Source: Candidatus Ozemobacteraceae bacterium
GTDB taxonomy: Bacteria > Muiribacteriota > Ozemobacteria > Ozemobacterales > Ozemobacteraceae
Assembly (NCBI GenBank): GCA_965140445.1
Contig: OZ223236.1
Coordinates: forward strand, 2,720,001-2,784,000
Direction: 5' to 3'
DNA: 64,000 nucleotides
Of this stretch, positions 48,157 to 56,496 are shown piece after piece. Position 1 is the stretch's first letter; each line of letters begins with the position of its first letter. A program made the translations under genes and the position numbers. The notes under the pieces are model-generated. The model did no database searches. It had not been told where the DNA came from and saw only the letters and a list, made by a program, of their open reading frames with translations.

Positions 48157-49104
48157 ATGAAAAAATCAAAGGCCTTTTTGACAGTATTTTTTGGTATTTT
48201 CGCTTTCTCCATTGCTATGTATGCGCAAACCAACAATAGAGAAGAGCAATTGCCCGATTTAAAGGTTCAGCATCTCATTAAGAATTCCCCGGAAACCGCT
48301 GAATTTTTTTTGTTAGAAGCCATTTTTAAATCGGATCTTGCAACAATCGATCATCTTTTAGAAAATGGATTAAACCCAAATTGCATATTTAAAAAGTTTC
48401 CAAATGGTAAAACTGACCGTGAGAAGCACTCAATGGTTGGATTTATGATCGGAGGAGTTACTCCTCTTATGGCAGCCACAATCTATGAGGATAAGGCCAT
48501 TATTAAACACCTTATTAATAGGGGCGCCAACCCAAATTTTGCATCAGAAAAGAATGATCAAACTCATCACTTATGGTTACCGCTCACATTAGCTTGCTTG
48601 ATTAATTCCCCTGATTGTGTGGAGACCTTAATCGAAAATGGGGCAGATGTAAAAATCAAAGACTCACTTGGCCGTAGCTTAGCATTTTATGCTTTTGTAG
48701 ATGGGGCTAATTATAGTGGAGAAACTTCAAGAGATATGTTGGAGCAGGTCCTTGCAAAGCATGGAATCACCAAAATGGATCGTGACAATAAAGGAGAGTC
48801 TGTTTTAGATTGGCTCAAAAAATTGAAATTGGCAAAAGAAGCTTCTTTAAAATTTAATAATGGAGATTCTAAAAGTAACTGTAAAAAGATCTTACAAATA
48901 TTAACAGGAGCTATGGAATTTTATTCTATGGACAACCCAGATGGTGCAAAAAGCATTAAGAAGATTGGATTTGCAGATGATGATCCATTAGTTAAGAATG
49001 GCTACCTGAAACATGGAATAATAACACCTGAAGGCTGTTCTTATATTCAAGTGAATGGAGATTGGAAAGACATAAGATGTTCGAAGCACGGTAAGTTAAA
49101 TTGA
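48157..49104 (+). CDS. Exported ankyrin-repeat protein with C-terminal pilin-like domain
   Basis: Signal peptide; ankyrin motifs TPLMAA, LINRGANPN, LIENGADV; C-terminus 'C...LTGAMEFYSMD...LVKNGYLK...P.GC.Y...CSKHG'; GGAGG SD before ATG 48157. Confidence 0.75.
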   Translation: MKKSKAFLTVFFGIFAFSIAMYAQTNNREEQLPDLKVQHLIKNSPETAEFFLLEAIFKSDLATIDHLLENGLNPNCIFKKFPNGKTDREKHSMVGFMIGGVTPLMAATIYEDKAIIKHLINRGANPNFASEKNDQTHHLWLPLTLACLINSPDCVETLIENGADVKIKDSLGRSLAFYAFVDGANYSGETSRDMLEQVLAKHGITKMDRDNKGESVLDWLKKLKLAKEASLKFNNGDSKSNCKKILQILTGAMEFYSMDNPDGAKSIKKIGFADDDPLVKNGYLKHGIITPEGCSYIQVNGDWKDIRCSKHGKLN

Positions 49105-49119
49105 CGGAAAAATCTGTGG

Positions 49120-49812
49120 TTAATGATACAAACTACCTATTTTTGTTAAGAGTGGAACCTTGATGTGTTTCTGAATCCTTCTCACAGTTTCTCTTGCCTC
49201 CGTGATTGAGTCTATTTTAGGCATTAAAATAACTTTGTGTCCATCGTTCATCTCAAGAGCCATTTCGCAGTAGCGATTTGGATTCAATCCATAGCTGCAT
49301 GGTTCGGAATCATGAGTGGAAAAGCTTCCAGATGGTTGGCAGGCATTGTCTTTTAAAACTTTTAAGTGTATACCCTTTATTTCTGAAATATGGTAAATCC
49401 TGTTTTTGGTTTTTAAGCCTATTAAACAACAGGTTTTTATGCTTATCATTTGGTCAAAATCGCTGAATTCTATTTCTCGATAAGCGTCTTTGATGAAGTC
49501 ATACATTACTTTTATGAAGAAAAATCTTGCAGTGTTTAAAAATAGGTTAAAAAAAAGTAGAAAAGGTTCAAAGGGGTCAGAGAACAAGGCTATTGTACTT
49601 GTGAAAATGGAACATGTTACTGGAATTGAAAAAATGAATCCCAAAAAAGCTATTAAATAAAAAGAAGAGTCTTTTTGAAAAGAAATAGAAAAGCCCTTTT
49701 CTGGTTCCTCCTTAAAAATAAAATCATGCCGCCAGACTTTTGCAGGCAATTTTTTAGAAAAGAGATTTAAATTTATTTTACTAAAGCAGTTTTCTTGTAT
49801 TTGTTTTTGCAT
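49120..49812 (-). CDS. Hypothetical membrane protein (two TM helices plus soluble C-domain)
   Basis: 230 aa ORF with a central hydrophobic pair; start uncertain. Confidence 0.55.
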   Translation of the reverse strand: MQKQIQENCFSKINLNLFSKKLPAKVWRHDFIFKEEPEKGFSISFQKDSSFYLIAFLGFIFSIPVTCSIFTSTIALFSDPFEPFLLFFNLFLNTARFFFIKVMYDFIKDAYREIEFSDFDQMISIKTCCLIGLKTKNRIYHISEIKGIHLKVLKDNACQPSGSFSTHDSEPCSYGLNPNRYCEMALEMNDGHKVILMPKIDSITEARETVRRIQKHIKVPLLTKIGSLYH

Positions 49813-49824
49813 GTAAAATCAATT

Positions 49825-49841
49825 TGCAATTTGCATGCCAA
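49825..49841 (-). promoter_or_regulatory. Sigma54 (-24/-12) promoter
   Basis: Minus strand TTGGCATGCAAATTGCA matches TGGCAC-N5-TTGCA spacing. Confidence 0.5.
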
Positions 49842-49865
49842 ATGTAGAAAACTGGATTGATTTTG

Positions 49866-49915
49866 TAATAAAAAGAACGGGATATTCCTGAAAGAATATC
49901 CCGTTCTTTTTATTA
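49866..49915 (-). terminator. Rho-independent terminator after murC and the small ORF
   Basis: 22-bp perfect inverted repeat TAATAAAAAGAACGGGATATTC / GAATATCCCGTTCTTTTTATTA. Confidence 0.85.
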
Positions 49916-49925
49916 ATTAATAAAC

Positions 49926-50039
49926 TTAGGAGCCGTATCGCTCCTTAATAAAATCCAGAACTTTAAATCCAAATGAGACTGAAGCTCTTGATAAAACTAC
50001 GGCTACACTGAATAGGAAAACTGCGGTTAAGATTGTCAT
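49926..50039 (-). CDS. Small hydrophobic protein (37 aa)
   Basis: GGAG SD then MTILTAVFLFSVAVVLSRASVSFGFKVLDFIKERYGS; lies between the murC stop and the terminator. Confidence 0.55.
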   Translation of the reverse strand: MTILTAVFLFSVAVVLSRASVSFGFKVLDFIKERYGS

Positions 50040-50055
50040 TTTTTTCTCCGGTGGG

Positions 50056-51465
50056 TTACACAGCCGCTTCTACGTGAAGCGTGTCAAAGCTACGACTTTT
50101 CATTGACTCCAGGAATTGTGGTCCAAGATGGGTTACATTTCCAGCACCCATAGTGAAAACAACATCGCCAGGCTCTACAAAGTCCATTAAATGGAGTTTT
50201 ACGTCTTCAACGTTTTTTACCATTTTTACTTTTCGTCGATGTGAAACTGGCATATGGTCAAGAATTACTTTGCTGGTAACTCCAGGGATAGGTTCTTCGG
50301 AAGCGGCATATATATCGGTGATAAAAAGCTTATCGCAGTCGTCAAAGCAGCGTCCAAATTCCTGTGACAAAAACAGAGTTCTTGAATAACGATGGGGCTG
50401 AAAAACTACTACAACTCTATTTGCGCCAATACTTTTAGCTGCTTCAAGGGTTGCTTTAATTTCATTTGGGTGATGCCCGTAGTCGTCAATAACAGTGATG
50501 CCATCGTGATGGCCTTTAATTTCAAATCTTCTACCAGCGCCTTTGAATTTTTTTATAGTGCGTTGGATTTCTTCAATTTCCATTCCAAGATCAAGGCAAA
50601 AACAGATTGCGGGAAGAGCGTTAAGTATGTTGTGCTCTCCAGGAACCGAAAGTTCGATTCGGCCTTTTTTTATTCCACCAATGGTGAGATCAAAAGATGC
50701 ACCATAGGGTAAAAATTCTATATTTTTAGCCATTACATCAGCTGGATTGTTTATGCCGTAGGTAATGGTTCTAAGTCCTTCAGGAAGTCCTACATTTCTT
50801 GTTATTGCATCATCAGCACAAATATATAATCCGCCTTCAGGGTTTATATGGCTGGCAAAAACTTCGAAGGATTTAACGATTGCATCAAGGCTTGAATAAT
50901 GATCCATGTGGTCATTATCAATATTGGTAATAATTCCATGACTTGCAAAATATTTTAAGAAAGTTGCGTCACTTTCGTCGGCTTCTGCGACAAAAACTCC
51001 AGAGTTTCCTGAGCAGGAATTACCATCAAGAGCTTCAACAAATCCGCCTATGACACAAGTCGGGTCTTTTTTGGCAAGCTTCAAAACAGTTGCAATCATT
51101 GAGCTAACTGTTGTTTTTCCGTGGCAACCAGCAACTGCAACACTGGAATCTGAATCCAGGAAAAGTTCAGCAAGTAAATCTGAACGATGATATATTGCAA
51201 TGTTTCGGGCCTTAGCCTCGATTAATTCAGGGTTGTTAGATGAGATCGCAGTAGAAACAATTACTCTACCGGTGTTCTCTGGCAAATTATTGGAGTCGTG
51301 TCCGATAAAAACTTGTGCACCTTGTTTTCTTAATTCTACAACATGCTTGTTTTCGGAAATGTCTGAACCAGATACTTCGTGCCCTTTGTGGAGATAGATA
51401 CTGGCGAGACCGCTCATTCCAACTCCGCCGATACCGATGAAATGAATCCCGTTTCGACGTTCCAT
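50056..51465 (-). CDS. murC: UDP-N-acetylmuramate--L-alanine ligase
   Basis: HFIGIGGVGMSG, GCHGKTT, EADESD, DDYGHHP, FQPHRYSRT. Confidence 0.97.
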   Translation of the reverse strand: MERRNGIHFIGIGGVGMSGLASIYLHKGHEVSGSDISENKHVVELRKQGAQVFIGHDSNNLPENTGRVIVSTAISSNNPELIEAKARNIAIYHRSDLLAELFLDSDSSVAVAGCHGKTTVSSMIATVLKLAKKDPTCVIGGFVEALDGNSCSGNSGVFVAEADESDATFLKYFASHGIITNIDNDHMDHYSSLDAIVKSFEVFASHINPEGGLYICADDAITRNVGLPEGLRTITYGINNPADVMAKNIEFLPYGASFDLTIGGIKKGRIELSVPGEHNILNALPAICFCLDLGMEIEEIQRTIKKFKGAGRRFEIKGHHDGITVIDDYGHHPNEIKATLEAAKSIGANRVVVVFQPHRYSRTLFLSQEFGRCFDDCDKLFITDIYAASEEPIPGVTSKVILDHMPVSHRRKVKMVKNVEDVKLHLMDFVEPGDVVFTMGAGNVTHLGPQFLESMKSRSFDTLHVEAAV

Positions 51466-51524
51466 TATATTTATTTACTGCCTCCTTGCAATTGCCTGCT
51501 TGTGCAGGATTTTCTTCTCGATAT

Positions 51525-51551
51525 CTATCGACACAAATCTATCGATACTTA
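51525..51551 (-). promoter_or_regulatory. Sigma28-like promoter candidate upstream of murC
   Basis: Minus strand TAAG-N15-GTCGATAG. Confidence 0.3.
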
Positions 51552-51659
51552 AGAAAAAAATATTCAATTGCTTTCTTCGTTTTGGAATGAACCACTCAGC
51601 AAATTTTGCCGGATTAAACTAGCACAGAATAGACGTTAATGCAAATGAAATTGAAGGAA

Positions 51660-51848
51660 TCAGTCTTTTTTAACGTACAAAAGACAAGCTTTCCCTGAGC
51701 TTGAAAAAACTACCTGAGACGGGATTTGAGATGTTTTAAAGCCGTGTGCTCTGCAGCCATTAGGAGTCTTTTTCTCCCATGTTACAAAAAAGTAAACGCA
51801 GTCATGGCAATTAACATAGCCACTCTCTTTGCTCTTTGATTTATCCAT
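51660..51848 (-). CDS. Small Cys-rich conserved hypothetical protein
   Basis: NCHDC.YFFVTWEKK.P.GCRAHGFKT...PS..V...SG..C; start shortened to ATG 51848. Confidence 0.7.
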   Translation of the reverse strand: MDKSKSKESGYVNCHDCVYFFVTWEKKTPNGCRAHGFKTSQIPSQVVFSSSGKACLLYVKKD

Positions 51849-52039
51849 ATTCAAGGGAGGGAGGCGATTGTTAACTTTGCGCGATTGCGTTGACAGCGTC
51901 CTTTGTAAAAGCTTTTTTGTTAGCTGATCGGGCTTTTTCATAACGCACAATTGTAACATTTTTTTTGTGTATGTAAAATACCTGGGAAATCTCTTGTTGA
52001 ATATTTGACTTTGAGCATTGTTGTCACTAATTTTAGTGT

Positions 52040-53299
52040 ATGACAATTGTTAAAATAGAAAAAATATTCTGGGCACTGGTTATTTTCTGGTTTGTTTTAC
52101 GTGGGGCGTTACTTTTTTGCCAGTTGGACGGCAACAAAAGCCCTGAGCTAAAAAAACAGGTTTTACAGTATTTTACCCAGAAAGATATAGATCAGGGCAA
52201 GGAATACGCCTTAAGAGGGTTTGGATTCAAGGTTTTTTATGGTTATTTTTTCGTTTTTATTCTATTGCTTGGAATGAAAATGCAATGGTTTTCAAGAATA
52301 TACACTTCTCTTGAGGGAAAAATTGGCGGTTCCAGTTATTTAACAGACTTTCTTTACATTGTGATGTTTCTCGGATTTATTCAATTACTATCATTACCGA
52401 GTTCCTATTATTTTGGTTATATGCGTGAATCTTCTATGGGATTTTTAAATATTGGTTTTTTCCAATGGCTTTTAAAGTTTTTTAAGTCTGCATTTATTGG
52501 AATCGCTTTTCAGACTGCTGGCATTTATCTGATAATAAATCTGATTAAAATTTTCCCCAAAGGATGGATTATAGCGGTCCCAACAACTATGGCAATATTT
52601 AGTGTTGTTTTAACTATATTGTTTCCATTAATTATAACCCCATTGTTCTACAATCAGGTAAAACTGGACAATCCATCGCTAGAAGCTAAAATTGATTCTG
52701 TTGCCCAAAAAGCGGGAATTGATATCGAAGAAATATATGTCATTGACGAAAGTCGATATTCTAAGCACACAAATGCTTATTTTACAGGCATTGGAAAGCA
52801 TAGAAGAATTGTTTTGTATGACAACCTTTTAAAAAGTAATACAGAAGAAGAAACCATGTTGATTTTTGCTCATGAAGCTGGTCATTGGTTGCACAATCAC
52901 GTATTTAAAGGTCTTTCTCTTGGATTCCTCGGTATGCTTTGTATCACTTTGTTTGTGAACTTTGTTTTTCCTTATTTAAAAGTTGTGCCATGGTTTGGTT
53001 TGAGAGAACTTAGCAGCGCTGGAAATATTCCTTTCTTTTTTACTATGGTTATTCTATTTCAATTATTTACCGCACCAATTGAAAGCCAGATTAGTCAATA
53101 TATGGAACGACAGGCTGATTCTGCTTCTGTAACTTTAACAGGTCTTGTTAAACCATGTATTGATGCAGAAATAAAGCTTGCGCGGGATAACAAGTCGGAT
53201 TTATTGCCACATCCATTTAGAGTTTTCTGGCTTTACAGTCACCCACCAATTATAGACAGAATAAAGATGGCTGAAGAGCATAAAAAAACGCCAGGCTGA
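52040..53299 (+). CDS. M48 (STE24-like) membrane zinc endopeptidase
   Basis: NAYFTG, RIVLYDNL, HEAGH, E..AD, SHPP...RI. Confidence 0.92.
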   Translation: MTIVKIEKIFWALVIFWFVLRGALLFCQLDGNKSPELKKQVLQYFTQKDIDQGKEYALRGFGFKVFYGYFFVFILLLGMKMQWFSRIYTSLEGKIGGSSYLTDFLYIVMFLGFIQLLSLPSSYYFGYMRESSMGFLNIGFFQWLLKFFKSAFIGIAFQTAGIYLIINLIKIFPKGWIIAVPTTMAIFSVVLTILFPLIITPLFYNQVKLDNPSLEAKIDSVAQKAGIDIEEIYVIDESRYSKHTNAYFTGIGKHRRIVLYDNLLKSNTEEETMLIFAHEAGHWLHNHVFKGLSLGFLGMLCITLFVNFVFPYLKVVPWFGLRELSSAGNIPFFFTMVILFQLFTAPIESQISQYMERQADSASVTLTGLVKPCIDAEIKLARDNKSDLLPHPFRVFWLYSHPPIIDRIKMAEEHKKTPG

Positions 53300-53315
53300 A
53301 AATACATTCAGCCTG
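53292..53315. terminator. Stem-loop between convergent genes
   Basis: CAGGCTGAA/TTCAGCCTG. Confidence 0.45.
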
Positions 53316-53331
53316 ACGCAGTTTTAAATGA

Positions 53332-54777
53332 TTAGACGATACTGTCTTGACCATTCAAAGACAGAATTACTTTGTCTATACCAAATTCCTTTTTGAAACG
53401 ATTAGCAAAATCTACCATTTTAACAACCTGGCTATTATGATCCCATCTAGAGCAAAAGCCAGTAAGCAGATTGCAAAGTGTGTTATTTCTGGTAACCGGG
53501 CCTTTTACTTCCACTTTTTTCAGTGTTTGCGAGAACTCATTCTTTGCACTTTCAAGCCATCTTGAAGCCAGTTCGGCTTTTGCTGGTTCCTCTTCAAAAT
53601 TAGGCAGGAAAATTCCTATTTCCTGACCAAAGAGAATCTTTAAGGCTTGTTCTTTACATATTTCTGAAAGTGGGTGGTTTTCATTTTTCTGGATAATCAA
53701 TTCAAGATCCGGCTCTCTGTTACCACTAATTTCCCTTAAGAAAGGAACTTCAAAAGAAATTCTTTCCCTGTCTTTATCTGTAATAATACTTTCTTTTGTT
53801 GGATCGTCAGTCATGTGATTAACGCCAAATATAATTTTCTCTGGTTTAACTTTCCATCCCCGGCGAGTTTCATCAAAGTGATCCATCAGACCAGCAATGG
53901 AAACATTTTTACTGGAAATTAGGTAGACAATCTTGTCAGAGGATTGGACAATTTCTTTGGTGACCTTAGTAAACATTGAACTTGAATCCACAACAATGTA
54001 CTCGTAGTTTGCAAGAATGGTCTGCATTAACGAAAAAGTATGGAATTCTTTTAATCGGATATCCGTCAGTCCGTTTTCCTGTGGAAGCAGTGTTAAAAGA
54101 CCACAAGGTGCTTTTACTACATATTTTTTTATGTCTGAAATACGTTCGTGATCGATAAGATCATCTATAATCCTGGATCTTTGTTCTACGCCTAAAAACT
54201 TTGCAACTCTTTCATCGCGTAGGTTTGGGTCATATAAAAGAACGTCTTTTCCAAGTTCTTGTTGCATGCATAAAGCCAGGTTCCTTGCGAACAGGCTCTT
54301 ACCTGAGGAAGTGTCAGGACCAAGCACTGAATACACATTATTCTTTTTCATGCTTGCTGAACCGTGATTTGTCTTAGAAAGTCGAGCGCATAATGTTTTA
54401 ATGATGCTTAAAGAAACTCCAGGGCTGGTTTTTAAAAGATTTCTGAAATCATCCTTTTTTAAACGAATTACTTCAGTTTCCGCAAGAGCCACAGCCGAAG
54501 CGTTTCTTGGGTCGTCTGTTAAGAGAGACATTTCACCAAAATATTCGCCAAGTTTCAGATGCGTAAGAATTTTGCGTCCACCTTTTCCGTCATCGCAAAA
54601 TATTTGCACAATACCAGACTTAATAATGAACATTGAGTCTGCCTGCTGACCTTCCTTGCAAATGTATGCATCCCGAACAAATTCGATTACTTCAGCACTT
54701 TTGGTTATGCTTTCAAGTTCATCATCTGACAAATATGAAAAAAGAGAGACCCCTCTTAAAAATTCTTTTTGCTTCAT
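53332..54777 (-). CDS. Cyclic-nucleotide-binding domain protein fused to ParA/MinD (CpaE-like) domain
   Basis: cNMP domain with FGEMSLL..DPRNASA; degenerate P-loop GPDTSSGKSLFARNLA, VLLYD.N, YEYIVVDS. Confidence 0.75.
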   Translation of the reverse strand: MKQKEFLRGVSLFSYLSDDELESITKSAEVIEFVRDAYICKEGQQADSMFIIKSGIVQIFCDDGKGGRKILTHLKLGEYFGEMSLLTDDPRNASAVALAETEVIRLKKDDFRNLLKTSPGVSLSIIKTLCARLSKTNHGSASMKKNNVYSVLGPDTSSGKSLFARNLALCMQQELGKDVLLYDPNLRDERVAKFLGVEQRSRIIDDLIDHERISDIKKYVVKAPCGLLTLLPQENGLTDIRLKEFHTFSLMQTILANYEYIVVDSSSMFTKVTKEIVQSSDKIVYLISSKNVSIAGLMDHFDETRRGWKVKPEKIIFGVNHMTDDPTKESIITDKDRERISFEVPFLREISGNREPDLELIIQKNENHPLSEICKEQALKILFGQEIGIFLPNFEEEPAKAELASRWLESAKNEFSQTLKKVEVKGPVTRNNTLCNLLTGFCSRWDHNSQVVKMVDFANRFKKEFGIDKVILSLNGQDSIV

Positions 54778-54835
54778 TTCAGCTCCTCAAAGTATCTATA
54801 AAAAATTTAAATTTAATTGAAACAATAATACAACA

Positions 54836-56374
54836 TTAGCCCTGTATTTCAAAGGGATCTTGAGTTCTATATTGCAAGGCTTCAGCAATGTGCTCTGGAA
54901 GTATGTCCGGCTTGTTTGCCAGGTCGGCAATGGTTCTGGAAACCTTTATGACTTTATCATAGCCCCGAGCCGAGAGATCAAATTTTCTGGCAGCATGAAT
55001 AAGTAAAGTTCTGGATTCATCTGAAAGCTCACAGTATTTTTTCATTCCAGCTTTGGTTAAATGGGCATTAAGGGTAAAGTGCTTCTTGAATCGTTTTTTT
55101 TGAATTTCTCTGGCCTGAATTACTCTTTGCCTGACTATTTTTGAAGGTTCTCCCGCTTCTTTTTCTGACAATTCCTCCGTTGAAAGCCTTGGAAGATGTA
55201 ACTGCAGGTCTATTCTGTCCAGGAGAGGACCTGAAATTTTTTGCCGGTATTTTCTTATCTGATTTAGATTGCAGACACACTCTTTTATCGGATCAGTATA
55301 GAATCCGCAGGGGCATGGGTTCAGGGCAGCTACCAGAAGAAATCTTGCTGGAAACAAATTGGTTTGCGCTGCTCTGGAAATAGAAACCTTTCCACTGCTA
55401 AGTGGTTCTCGCAAAACTTCCAGAACAGATTTTCTAAACTCTGGAAGTTCATCCAAAAATAAAACCCCATTATGGGCCAATGATACTTCGCCAGGACTTG
55501 GAACTCGCCCACCACCAATCAAAGCAACGTCAGAAATTGTGTGATGAGGGTCACGAAAAGGTGGAACAGAGATTAGGGAACTACCTTTTGGTAGCAGGCC
55601 TTTTATGCTGTAAACCCTTGTGACCTCAAGAGACTGCTCGAATCCAAGCTCCGGTAAAATTGTGGGTAAGGCTTTGGCAATCATGGTTTTGCCTGAACCT
55701 GGGGGGCCTGAAAAAAGTATGTTATGCGAGCCAGCGGCGGCAATCTCGATGGCCCTTTTGGCGGTGTATTGCCCTTTAACCTCCTCAAGATCAATGAAGT
55801 TAAATAGTTTTTCACACTTTTCGATTGATGGAAATGAATCTAAGGTAATTGTTTCAGGCTTTTTATGACTGATGAATGAATTCATTAGAGACTCAAGATC
55901 TGGAAAAGAGTAAACTTTAATTCCGGGAACAACAAGTGCTTCAGGCGCATTTTCTATTGGCACCACGACCCCACGATACCCAAGTTCTTTGGCCATTAAA
56001 GCTATGGGAAGGACGCCGCGCGTGTGCCTGATTTTTCCATCTAGACTCAGCTCACCGATAACTATCAGATTTTCTGCTTTTCTTATGGGAAAGGTTTCTC
56101 CTGCTGCAGCGATTGCTAAGGCTAAAGCAAGATCAAGGCCAGAACCTTCTTTTCTTACATCTGCGGGTGCCAGATTAATGGTTATTTTTTTAGGTGGAAT
56201 TGGAAAACCCGAATTTTTAAGAGCTGCCTTTACTCTTTCTCTTGATTCATTTACGGAAGCGTCTGGTAGTCCAACCATTGAAAGACCCGGTATTCCCCCC
56301 GCAAAGTCTACTTCGACCTCTACAGGAATCGCTTCAATTCCAGAAATTGTTGCAGATAGTACCTTTGAAAACAT
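54836..56374 (-). CDS. comM: YifB/ComM family Mg-chelatase-like AAA+ ATPase
   Basis: VGLPD..V.ES.ERV, NLAPAD..KEG, GPPGSGKT, PFRDPHH, LFLDELPEF, NPCPCG. Confidence 0.93.
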   Translation of the reverse strand: MFSKVLSATISGIEAIPVEVEVDFAGGIPGLSMVGLPDASVNESRERVKAALKNSGFPIPPKKITINLAPADVRKEGSGLDLALALAIAAAGETFPIRKAENLIVIGELSLDGKIRHTRGVLPIALMAKELGYRGVVVPIENAPEALVVPGIKVYSFPDLESLMNSFISHKKPETITLDSFPSIEKCEKLFNFIDLEEVKGQYTAKRAIEIAAAGSHNILFSGPPGSGKTMIAKALPTILPELGFEQSLEVTRVYSIKGLLPKGSSLISVPPFRDPHHTISDVALIGGGRVPSPGEVSLAHNGVLFLDELPEFRKSVLEVLREPLSSGKVSISRAAQTNLFPARFLLVAALNPCPCGFYTDPIKECVCNLNQIRKYRQKISGPLLDRIDLQLHLPRLSTEELSEKEAGEPSKIVRQRVIQAREIQKKRFKKHFTLNAHLTKAGMKKYCELSDESRTLLIHAARKFDLSARGYDKVIKVSRTIADLANKPDILPEHIAEALQYRTQDPFEIQG

Positions 56375-56496
56375 TGCCCCTCACAGATAATTGAAATTTT
56401 TAGCTTATAGTAATATAGTAATCTCTAAGAAAAAAGAATTCCACGCATAGTTTTTATTTAATGAAGTTCGGATTAGAAGCTGGAGATGTTTGACTA

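Noticed and set aside
51849..52046. Long N-terminal extension of the Cys-rich ORF
   Set aside because: It overlaps the divergent promoter and start of the M48 gene; the conserved-looking part begins near ATG 51848
54385..54412. dif-like half site GCGCATAATGT
   Set aside because: Lies inside a CDS and has no XerD arm (TTATGTTAAAT)
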